Shown here: in pieces, positions 28,950 through 38,591 of the stretch
Position numbering within the stretch: the stretch's first letter is position 1
Layout: each line of letters begins with the position of its first letter
Program-made: the position numbers and the translations under genes
Notes under the pieces: generated by a model
Told to the model about the DNA's origin: nothing
The model's database searches: none
The model's input: the letters and a program-made list of their open reading frames with translations, nothing else
Source of the DNA: the human T2T-CHM13v2.0 reference genome, Homo sapiens
Assembly: GCF_009914755.1 (NCBI RefSeq)
Contig: NC_060926.1
Length of the DNA: 64,000 bases
Strand: one strand, 5' to 3'

Positions 28950-29950
28950 ATCAGAGTCCCTGGCCCATCCCTCCCCAAAGCGCCGGTGCCAGGCGTTTTG
29001 GCCTCTGTATCTCTGAAACGAGGAGGTCCCGGGGCATCCCCGAGCGCCCCCGTGGCCATCTGTGCCACTGGCCAGCCCAGGGCCAGGACTGCTGTGCCGG
29101 CGTGGAGATTCCCGACCCTTTCCAAGGAGGTGCCAAGGGCGCAGCGCAGCGCACGCCCGAGCCGCCGCGGTCCCTCTGAGCCTCTCCAGCCCGCCGCCGC
29201 CGCCGCCCCCGCCCGCACAGCCGGCTTGGTTGCCAGGGTTGCCAGGGCTTGGGGCCTGGGAGGCGCCGCGCGCACGGCGCCGGCTTCGCGGGAGGAGCCC
29301 CAGGCCCGCGAGCGCAGGCGCCCCGCCTCTCCCCGGGCGCTGCGGGCCACCGGCTCGGCCCTGTGCGGCGGGATCTCGGGGCCGCACGGAGCGGGAGGCC
29401 GGGCGCCATGGCGAGGGCCCCGCAGCCCCGGCGCGGCCCCGCGGCGCCCGGGAACGCCCTGCGCGCCCTGCTGCGCTGCAACCTGCCCCCCGGCGCCCAG
29501 CGCGTGGTGGTCTCCGCCGTGCTGGCGCTCCTGGTTCTCATCAACGTCGTACTGATCTTCCTGCTGGCCTTCCGCTGAGCGGCCGCGCAGGGCGCCGCGC
29601 CGGGGTGAGTGGCGCGGGCGACGGCACTCCAGCCGTTGCCACCCGCGGCCTCCGCACTGGTCGCGGAGGGAAGGCCTCCTTCCACCCCATGTGCTCACTA
29701 CCAGGGCCTGGTCCGGGGGTGTCGCCGAGCGGGTGCCTGAGGGGCGTGGTGGCACGTGTGTCACAGGGTCCTTCTGTCCTCTGTGCCCTGTGGGGAGTGG
29801 GGGCTGCGGGGGCGAGGGGGGAGGCCAAAATGGCGCGTCTCTGCGAGTAACCGAGGATGCGGATTCAGCTGGGGCTCCCCGGCTGCTTGTCTGGAAACGG
29901 AGTGCATGTGACCGCTGGGTGAGCGACCCGCGCTTGCATCTGTGTAGGTT
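28950..29950. promoter_or_regulatory. CpG island / internal promoter and first exon (SMIM39 and short ARHGEF4 isoform)
   Basis: Very high GC and CpG density, (GCC)n run, NRF1-like GCGCAGGCGC at 29312, tandem GGTTGCCAG (RFX-like) at 29228-29245, donor GGG|GTGAGT at 29605. Confidence 0.85.
29408..29578 (+). CDS. SMIM39: Small integral membrane protein 39 (56 aa, MARAPQPRRG…VVVSAVLALLVLINVVLIFLLAFR)
   Basis: Perfect Kozak GCCATGG; basic Pro/Arg-rich N-terminus plus one ~23-aa C-terminal hydrophobic helix; lies in a CpG island. Confidence 0.85.
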   Translation: MARAPQPRRGPAAPGNALRALLRCNLPPGAQRVVVSAVLALLVLINVVLIFLLAFR

Positions 29951-32529
29951 GAGTCAGGTGTGTGGAAGACCCCCGGGCACCGCTGCGCATGTTACCTGCA
30001 GTTGTTTTTCCCGTTTTAGGCCTTAAAATACGTGGTGTCAGTCTTCCCACGGGCAGAGCCCCTCTGCCCCCCTTGCACGTGGGCCCTCTGAAGCCCCCAC
30101 CCCTGCTGCACAAACTGCGGGTGTTCACAGCTGCCCCCACCCTGCACGTCTGGTAGGTGGGCAGGGTGGGGAGGGCAGTGGCGGTCACAGGGAGTAGCTG
30201 GAGGCAGAGCCTGGCAGCGTTGCCCTTCTGGAGGCTGTCAGAACCTCAGAGGCACAGGAGGGGATCCCGCTCCCTGCCCTGGGCTATTTGAGTCTCAAAT
30301 GTGCACCTCCATTGGGACCTTCTCCCACAATAGAACAGCCAGTTTCACAGCCCTGCTGTGTCTCAAGAGTCAGTCTCCGCTCCCTGCAGGCAGAGAGGCA
30401 GCCTGGACTCCTTGCCCCTTGGGCCTGCCTGGCTTGTGTCTTGGCTCAGGTGCAGCTGTGCCTACGAGCACCAAAAAGGGCCTCTGCCCAGAAACGCACC
30501 CAGCGCAATAGCATCGGAGGTGGAGCATGACTCTGATGTCCTACGAAACTGTCTCTGACCTCACAGAGCCACATTTTGTCTTGGTGACAACACAAACAGT
30601 TCACATTTCTCCTAACTCTAAATTAGAGTACCTCCTGAGTGGGAGGCTGTGCAGAAGGGGCTGACATCCTTACATTGGTGGGAGACACAGGAGGAGAGCT
30701 TGCTCACGGCACGTGTCCCTCTGCCAGGGTGCGACAAAGGCAATTAACACCTCCTCCCCTCCTCCCCAAGGTCTTCCAGCTGACTGGGCAGGACAAGTGT
30801 GGGGCTTGTCCCTAATGGTGCCTGGAAGCTGGCCTCTCTGTGAAGCCCTCCTCTTGCCCGACACCTGGTGACCTTCCCTGGCAGCTATGTGGGGGGCCAC
30901 CTATGCCGGACCCAGTCCCACCTGCAGGGACAGGCAGCATAAAGGAAGGGGGAATGGGGGCACCAGGCTTCTGCTCAGGGCTCATTTAAGGGAACCTAGA
31001 GACAGAGGGTGACACCTCACCTGGTTAATATCAGGCAGGAACCTCCTGAGAAGGGAAGCAGTGGGAAAATGAGCCATGTTGAGTGTGTCGGGTCACCTCC
31101 TGACAGCCTGTGTCACAGACCCCAGGTCAGGGCCATGTCACCTACAGCTCACGCTCTCACTGGTGTCCCCAGGCCGCCATGTCTGCTTCCTTCTTTCCCT
31201 GGAGCCTCATTCTTCAGGGCCTCAGCGGGGTGAGCCAGCTCCCCACTGTGGCTGGTGGGCTCCTACCATATGGTCGCCTGAGCCCTCCTGTCTCATCTCA
31301 TCTGAGTGGCAGCAGCAGCTCATGATCTGGAGGCCACCTGCAGAAGGTCTTTGTGGCTGGGAATGAGAGCAGTGGCCCCCTGTGGAAGCCTGCTGCCCCC
31401 AGGAATAACCCAGGGCTCTGTGCCTGGGACCCCGTGGGGGCCTCTGGAGGTCTGCAGCCCCCGCGTGGCTGCCGCGCTGTGAGGGTTCCTGGGCTCACAG
31501 GCTCATGTGTCACTCTGAGGAGAGCGTCCATCAGGACTGGAGCAGGTTTTTCCCCCAGGAAAGAGAAGGTTTGTCCTTCCCTGAACTTGCTTGCTCAGGA
31601 CCCCTGGAGGAAAGCACCATCCCAAGCAGGCTCTGGAGCTTCAGTGCTCCAGTGGCCAGCCCCAGCCCTCACCCTGCCCATTCAGGCAGAGGCCTCTTAG
31701 CTGGAACACAGGACTGGCCCCACTCTTGGTTTCCATGTTGAGGTGAGGATTCACACAGTGCTTAGGGAGTACCCAGTGAAGTGAAAGGAGGGCTCCTGGG
31801 ATGGGAGCTCAGAGGAGGGCCTGTTTGTGACATTCCCATCCTTGACCGCCCCCACAGCTGTGACAGCCAGTGCCAACACCTGGTCCTAGCAGGGAGGGTC
31901 GTGGACCTCACCTCCTGTGCAGCCCCAGCCCACTCCTCCTCTCCTGCCCTAAGGCCCTAGAACTGCTCATCATTCAGGGAGCAGAAACAGATCCCATGTT
32001 AGGAGAAAGCAGGGGTCAGCCCCATGGCGTACAAGGGCTGCCTGGGAGAGGCAGGGGAGCGTCCAGTGTCTTAGTCCACACCACTCTAGAGCAAGGCACT
32101 CTGCTGGTTATTTGAGCAGAGAGAAGCATGTGAAGAATGGTCGGCTAGGTATAATGTGGTTGACTGGGTAACACTGATAAGAGCAGTCCTGAAGTGCCTG
32201 TCACAGAGGTAGCAGCTGCAAAACGTTTCTGCTTCTCCTAGAACTTGGGAAATGAAGAGAAGAGGTTGGACTAACTCAAACTTAGGATCACAGGGCTTGG
32301 GACCTAGAGCTCTAAGAAGGGGCATTGCTCAGCTGGTGCTGGCATCTCTGGGGCTTGGGATGGGAACAGGGGTGCCATGAGGTTGGTTCTGCAAGTGTTG
32401 AAAAACACACAGTAAACAAGCTCCAATCACTCCAATGGCAGGGCACTGTCTACCTGGATGAAGGGGCATTGTGGTTGGTGGCTGACCTTACAGGCAATGC
32501 TCATCCACAAGAAGCCCACAGGAGGGCAC

Positions 32530-32874
32530 CAGCCCCCAGCCCCTCCCTCCTGCAGCCTTGCAGCCCAGCCTCTCCCTCCTGCAGCCTTGCAGCCCTCAGC
32601 CTCTCCTTCCTGCAGCCTTGCAGCGCCCAGCCCCTCCCTCCTGCAGCCTTGCAGCCCCCAGGCCCTCCCTCCTGCAGCCTTGCAGCCCAGCCTCTCCCTC
32701 CTGCAGCCTTGCAGCCCTCAGCCTCTCCCTCCTGCAGCCTTGCAGCGCCCAGCCTCTCCCTCCTGCAGCCTTGCAGCCCAGCCTCTCCCTCCTGCAGCCT
32801 TGCAGCCCTCAGCCCCTCCCTCCTGCAGCCTTGCAGTGCCCAGCCCCTCCCTCCTGCAGCCTTGCAGCCCCCAG
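32530..32874. repeat. Minisatellite/VNTR, 11 units of 29 or 31 bp (core CCTCCTGCAGCCTTGCAG)
   Basis: CTGCAGCCTTGCAG starts at 32550, 32579, 32610, 32641, 32672, 32701, 32732, 32763, 32792, 32823 and 32854. Confidence 0.95.
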
Positions 32875-33167
32875 GAATTCTGGATTGGGAATGCTAACAG
32901 GGAGCAGTTGGCAGTCCCAGTGACAGGATCAGATTCTGTGGTCAGTTCACTTCCGGCTCCATCACTGAGCCTTGATAATCTAGACATGCCCAGAACACAG
33001 CCCCTGCCCCAGGAAAGCCCTGCTCCTGTCAGAGGCAGCCTTGTCAGCTCCTCTGTAAAGAAGTCAGGATCCCCTCTTCCCAGGGCTGCTGAGGGAGTGG
33101 AGACAGAGAGCAGGGAGGCCCAGGCAGCCTCCCCCACTGACCCGCCTGCCCGTGGCTCTCTCGGCAG

Positions 33168-33347
33168 CTCATCAGCGATGGCAGTGTGGTCTGCGCTGAA
33201 GCACTCTGGGACCATGTCACCATGGACGACCAGGAGCTGGGCTTCAAAGCTGGGGACGTCATCGAAGTGATGGATGCCACCAACAGAGAGTGGTGGTGGG
33301 GCCGGGTCGCCGATGGCGAGGGCTGGTTTCCAGCCAGCTTCGTTCGG
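33168..33347 (+). CDS. ARHGEF4: ARHGEF4 exon, SH3 domain ([16 protein letters not shown]...WWWG...GWFPASFVR)
   Basis: SH3 motifs ALWD, WW and GWFP; branch-like CACTGAC, CAG acceptor, donor CGG|GTATGG; 180 nt. Confidence 0.97.
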
Positions 33348-34330
33348 GTATGGTTCCAAGCCCCAGCTTCTCCCAAGTTGGGCCCATAAAAAGCTACCTG
33401 GTTCTGCAGAGAAATCCAAGCCCAAAACAGCTCTGGCATCCTAGGTGCAGAGCACTGGGTGGTGGGTGTCGGGGCGCAGTGTCACAGCCTTCCTCCTCCT
33501 GGAGAGCCACTACTCCTGCTCCCATTCCTCTTCTGGTGAGCCCTCGGGGGCCAGAGAGGAGAGCAGTCGAGAAATGAGTGTGTGCAGACACTAGGCACCC
33601 CTCTGCGATACCCCCGCAACTCCAGGCGCTAGACATTTCCCAAGCCCTGAAGAGCACTGATAGGGGACTGCTCACCTCACACACAGCCCCGGGAGTGGGA
33701 ACCATGACTTACACCTGAAGAAGTTGAGGCACGGTCAAGTTATTAGCCCTGGAGATAGCAGAGAGGGGACCTGGATTCCATCTAAGGGGGTCTCCAGTCT
33801 TCAAGGAAGGAATCCAGGTGCAGTCTCCAAAAGGCCTGGCTCAGGGCGTCCAAGCTGAGGGCCGTCCGGCGGGGAGGTCCCAGGCCCTGGTGTTCAGATG
33901 CTCCTCCTGCCCCAGATCCCCTGGGAAACTGTCCACTCCGCACCCTAAGCCTTTCCCCAAGTTGCATGTTAGCCAGCGGGCGCGCCACCCATCCCCCTGC
34001 TTCTGCCCGCTGGGGCTGGCAGGAGCAGGCACTGGTTCAGGAACTGCAGGAAGCGCTCCAGCCTCTGTGCCGGGCACAAGCAGGGTCTAGGAAGGAGGCC
34101 AAATCGGTGTTCGGATCACACTGACGGCGGCTGCGGGCGTCGGAGTCGTCATTCCTCGGTCCAGGACTTGCGTGGGTGGCGTGGTCGGGGGAGCTGGCCG
34201 GCCAGTCCTCAGCCCTGCGCCCCGTGCACCCTGCGGGGCCTCCGAGGCCCGGTTCCCGCCGCTGCGGCGCAGGGCGCGGGGCGTTGCTCCGAGGGATGCG
34301 GGGCACTGACCGGCCACGCATGGCCTGCAG

Positions 34331-34507
34331 CTGAGGGTGAATCAGGACGAGCCCGCGGATGACGACGCCCCTCTGGCCGGGAACAGCGGAGCGGAGGACG
34401 GCGGGGCGGAGGCGCAGAGCAGCAAGGACCAGATGCGGACCAACGTCATCAACGAGATCCTCAGCACTGAGCGGGACTACATCAAGCACCTGCGCGACAT
34501 CTGCGAG
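34331..34507 (+). CDS. ARHGEF4: ARHGEF4 exon, SH3-DH linker and start of DH domain (…[25 protein letters not shown])
   Basis: DH CR1 motif EILSTERDY; CAG acceptor, donor GAG|GTGAGG; 177 nt. Confidence 0.97.
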
Positions 34508-34575
34508 GTGAGGCCCGGCCGGCGGGCGGTGACTGGGGACCCGGTCGGGGGAGGCCTAACCACGTCCGCCCGCAG

Positions 34576-34755
34576 GGCTACGTCCGGCAGTGCCGCAAGC
34601 GCGCAGACATGTTCAGCGAGGAGCAGCTGCGTACCATCTTCGGGAACATCGAGGACATCTACCGCTGCCAGAAGGCCTTCGTGAAGGCCCTGGAGCAGAG
34701 GTTCAACCGCGAGCGCCCACACCTGAGCGAGCTGGGTGCCTGCTTCCTGGAGCAT
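34576..34755 (+). CDS. ARHGEF4: ARHGEF4 exon, DH domain ([29 protein letters not shown]…FLEH)
   Basis: [10 protein letters not shown] motif; CAG acceptor, donor CAT|GTGAGC; 180 nt. Confidence 0.97.
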
Positions 34756-35545
34756 GTGAGCGCGCGGCCCCCGGCCCCTACCTGGGCGCTGCGTTCACAG
34801 AGGCTGCCGCGGGCGCCAGCGCGGACAGCGGGTGGCTGGTCCCAAAACCTTCCACAACGCCTGGGCCCCAGCTCCAGCCCTCTATCTGCCCCGCTGCCCG
34901 CACCCTTCAGGACAGTTTTAGGATGGTCTCTGCTTCTGTGTGGCGAAACCAAGTCAGGGAACGCTCCTGGGAGCAGAGGGCTGGGGCGTCCCCCAGGAAG
35001 GACTTGCTTTGACAGATAGGAGGGCAGAGGCCTGCCGAGCGCCGCAGGGGCTGTTCAGAGTGAGCTCTGGGGTTTCTCACACAGGGAGAATTTACAGCCT
35101 GCTTAGGCGGCAGATGCCGGCTGGCATTTACCAAGGTTCACTGGGCCGCTCTAAGTGGACACCTCCTAGCCTCACCTGGTAGAGAAGGGCCTTGTTTTGG
35201 CCCTCTTGGGCAGTCGAGCGAGGGTGAGCAGAGGATGCCTGTCCCACCCAACCCCCCTAACACCGCCGCTTTTGGCATTGTTATCCCGTCCTTGTTATCA
35301 TGGATTTCACCCAGAAGGCTAGCGTGCAGCCGGGACACCTGCTCATATTCTCACCATTCCCACCCCTGTGTGTGACTCCATGTAGCTTATGCCCCAGGGA
35401 AATAGGTACACACAGCCTGGGTCTCCCCTAGCCCCCAGCCCAGCTCCTGAAGGAAATGTAGAGGCTCTTGCCCTTCCCAGACATGCAGCTGGATTGCCTG
35501 TGGGAGCAGCAGAGAGCTCTGCTAACCTCCAGCTGTGCCCCTTAG

Positions 35546-35778
35546 CAAGCCGACTTCCAGATCTACTCGGAGTACTGCAATAACCACCCCAACGCCTGCG
35601 TGGAGCTCTCCCGGCTCACCAAGCTCAGCAAGTACGTGTACTTCTTCGAGGCCTGCCGGCTGCTGCAGAAGATGATTGACATCTCCCTGGATGGCTTCCT
35701 GCTGACTCCGGTGCAGAAGATCTGCAAGTACCCTCTGCAGCTGGCCGAGCTGCTCAAATACACGCACCCCCAGCACAG
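35546..35778 (+). CDS. ARHGEF4: ARHGEF4 exon, DH domain ([15 protein letters not shown]…[22 protein letters not shown])
   Basis: DH CR3 motif [12 protein letters not shown]; TAG acceptor, donor CAG|GTAGGA; 233 nt. Confidence 0.97.
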
Positions 35779-36130
35779 GTAGGAGGGCACTGAGGCAGGG
35801 AGGCAGCCCACGCCTCTGCATGCCTCCAGTCAGCCAGTTTGAGCATTAGCAGTGTGCTGGGCACTGCTGCAGCCCTGGGGCAACACACAGAAAACTAGCC
35901 CTGTCCTGATGAGCTCCTTGCAATGGGGGAAGAGGATGCCAACAGGATATTAAGCTCTGCTCTGTGCTTGCCATTTATGGAGAAGAGAGGGGCTGTGCAT
36001 CTGATAGTGAGGATGTGGTCAAAGGGCACAGCCCCAGAGGAAAGCAGCTCCACACGTGGGGGCTGCAGGGGATCCTCACCCTTTCTCTGTCTCCAGCCTG
36101 CAGCAGCCTTCCATCTCTGTTCTGCCCCAG

Positions 36131-36260
36131 GGACTTCAAGGATGTTGAAGCCGCCTTGCATGCCATGAAGAACGTGGCCCAGCTCATCAACGAGCGGAAG
36201 CGGAGACTTGAGAACATCGACAAGATTGCTCAGTGGCAGAGCTCCATAGAGGACTGGGAG
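36131..36260 (+). CDS. ARHGEF4: ARHGEF4 exon, DH C-terminal helix (DFKDVEAAL…[25 protein letters not shown])
   Basis: CAG acceptor, donor GAG|GTGAGG; phase matches neighbouring exons; 130 nt. Confidence 0.97.
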
Positions 36261-36914
36261 GTGAGGGCCTGGGGGCACAGAAAATTCCAGGAGGTCTTGG
36301 CCCCTTGCTTTAAAATCATGCTTGCCCCTGAAAAATCTAGAAGGGAGCTGAAGCAGGGAGCTGCGCTCCTGGGAGCTAGCAACAGATGCTCATGGTGTGA
36401 AAGCCTGTCCCCAGCGTGGGCTCTGGACCTTTGCTGCTGCCTACCGTAGCAGGCTTTGGCACCTGGTGGCCTCTTTTCTATGTGAAACTCCTCCCATGAG
36501 CAGCCAGCCAGCCCAGGAGAAGCCCTCAACAGAGGAAGTGTGTTCCTCAGCTGTGTTCTGTTCCTCTGCCTTCAGGGGACAGGCCAGATCCCTGTTTTAG
36601 TTCACTTCTGGGACTCCTAACAGAAGGCTGCAGGCCCAACACAGCATGACCAAAAATGCATCGCCACCCATCAGAGCCTCCTGGTTCTGTTTGTCTGACT
36701 TGCACATTTCCCTTTGCATCTGCCAATCTTGCCTTAGAACTAATGACGATGTTCCTGTCCCCCTCCACCCACCCCCACTTGCATCTGCCAATCTGCCACC
36801 TCCTGATCTGTTCCCGAAGGCTCCCTACCCACATGGGTGCTGCCACCACCATGCACCAGCTGTCAGCGAGAGAAATGGCCTGGAAATCAATCAGTATCAG
36901 CCACAGAACATTAT

Positions 36915-36980
36915 GAAAATACAGATTCCAGGGCCCCACCCTAGACACAGTGAATCAGAAGCCCTGGGGCGGGGCTGAGG
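36915..36980. mobile_element. MER5A fragment
   Basis: aaaatacagattccagggccccaccctagac…tgaatcagaa. Confidence 0.6.
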
Positions 36981-37283
36981 AATAGGGGCAGTCAGCTGTG
37001 AGGCGGGGCTGAGCAATAGGGGCAGTTGTGAGGCCCAGCCCTGGCTCAGGGCCCTCCAGAGTCACTCATCCCAAACAGGCCACCGCCAACCACTCCCAGC
37101 TGGGGTTTGCATTTTCAAGGTAGAATGAGACCAGGGCAGGGCTTAGTCTAAAAGTATGAAGCCCAAGGGTGGATGATGGACCTTCAGGTACTCAGTGCAC
37201 TTAGCTGGGAAGAGGGCCTCCTTAGAGATCTCAAAGGTTGGCCTCAGAGGTGAATCCCAGACAGGCCTAATTCTTCTCTAGGG

Positions 37284-37600
37284 CAGCACTGTCCAATCAA
37301 ACTAGTATGTGAGCCACATATGGAATCGTATGCTACGCAGTAGCCATCTTTAAAAAGGGAAAAAAACAAGTGAATTTAATTTTAATAATGTTTCATTTAA
37401 CTCCAAAATAGCATTTCAACTTGTGATCAACTAAAACATCATTAATGAAATATTTTACATTATTTCATATGAAGTCTTCAAAATCAATATGTATCTTACA
37501 CTGACATCACATCTAATTAATATGGATTAGCCACACTTCCAGTGCCCAACAGCCACCAGAGGCCACTGGTGACAGGGGGCTCCTATTTTGCAAGGACAGC
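37284..37600. mobile_element. MER33/MER3-like DNA transposon
   Basis: cagcactgtccaat…atgtgagccacatatg…attagccacacttccagtgcccaacagccac…ggacagc. Confidence 0.75.
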
Positions 37601-37772
37601 CAACTCACAGGCCAGACGTGCCACCTCTTCCTCCCCCTCCCACCATGGCCTGGCCAGGTGGGCGCTGCAGGCAAGGCCAGGGGGAGGTGCCCCACCCACC
37701 CATGATGGGGGCAGGAAGTGGAGCCCACGGTTGGGTATGCGAGGCTCATGGTTCTCCTTGGGATCTTCCCAG

Positions 37773-37904
37773 GGAGAAGATCTCTTGGTCAGGAGCTCAG
37801 AACTCATCTACTCGGGGGAGCTGACTCGAGTTACACAGCCTCAAGCCAAAAGCCAGCAGCGAATGTTCTTTCTCTTTGACCACCAGCTCATCTACTGTAA
37901 GAAG
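37773..37904 (+). CDS. ARHGEF4: ARHGEF4 exon, PH domain start ([17 protein letters not shown]…[13 protein letters not shown])
   Basis: PH motif [11 protein letters not shown]; CAG acceptor, donor AAG|GTACCA; 132 nt. Confidence 0.96.
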
Positions 37905-38591
37905 GTACCAGAGCTGCTCTGCCCTGCTGCCCCAAGTTGAGCAAGTGGAGGGAGGGGAGCTGAGGGCTGGGAGCAGCTGCCCAGAAGACAGGTGCCAGCC
38001 AGACCATACCCGGGGAGCCTGGCCAGACCCTTGGGAGCCTGGTGGCCCAGGAGCAGCAGGCGGCTTTCACAGTCTGACCAGGCCGGGTGCTGTTGAGAGC
38101 ATGATCTTTCCTGACCTGGCCGCTGCTTGCTCCTCAAGCTACCTCTTCTCTCCCTGCAAACCTCCACATCCCCTCTCTCCAACCCCGGAGTCCCCTGCTC
38201 TAGCCACCTCCCAGCTTCCTCTACGCTGCCGGCTTCTGCTCCTCTTTCAAAACATGGCCCAGTGGCCTCATGTCCATGAAGCCCTCCTTGTCCACGGGTG
38301 ATCTTTCCTACGTGTGGTGTGAGCCACTGTCTTAGTCTCCCCACCTCAAAGACAGGGCCAACCCCGGGCTAGTCAGTACCTGCAAAATAAAGGAGCAAGG
38401 CCTCTCCACTCATGGCTCAGCATGTCTGTGGGCTGCAGAAGGCATGCTCTGCCCTCAGGATCTCACTGTCTGCTGGGGAGGTGGAGGCATCACCAGCAGC
38501 CCCTCCTATGGCTGGGGAGAGGAGGTGGGAGCAGCCAGGAAATGGTCAGGGGAGCGGTTCAGCAGCCAGGGCTGAGGCCAGCATCTGGCAG

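Larger units (their letters stand above)
34100..34850. promoter_or_regulatory. Intragenic CpG island over two DH exons and the upstream intron
   Basis: Dense CpGs extend well into intronic sequence (34120-34330), so this is not just codon bias. Confidence 0.7.

Noticed and set aside
29249-29407. 109-aa TTG-initiated extension of SMIM39
   Set aside because: The downstream ATG at 29408 has a perfect Kozak context, and nothing in the sequence supports the TTG start.
28826-29764. 312-, 244- and 160-aa minus-strand ORFs across the CpG island
   Set aside because: Low-complexity Arg/Gly/Ala/Pro content is expected from stop-poor GC-rich DNA; no recognisable domain.
32530-32874. CRISPR-like periodicity and PRDM9 hotspot motif in the VNTR
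   Set aside because: There are no unique spacers and the context is eukaryotic. Only the CCTCCCT 7-mer occurs, not the CCNCCNTNNCCNC 13-mer.
32325-33270. Long ORFs (190, 270, 121 aa) with repeating LLQPCS/PPAALQP/SCSLAA
   Set aside because: They are by-products of the stop-free VNTR read in all three frames; no independent coding evidence.
34810-34832. Possible RE1 site (…GCGGACAGCG)
   Set aside because: Only the right half matches; the left half CAGCACC is absent.
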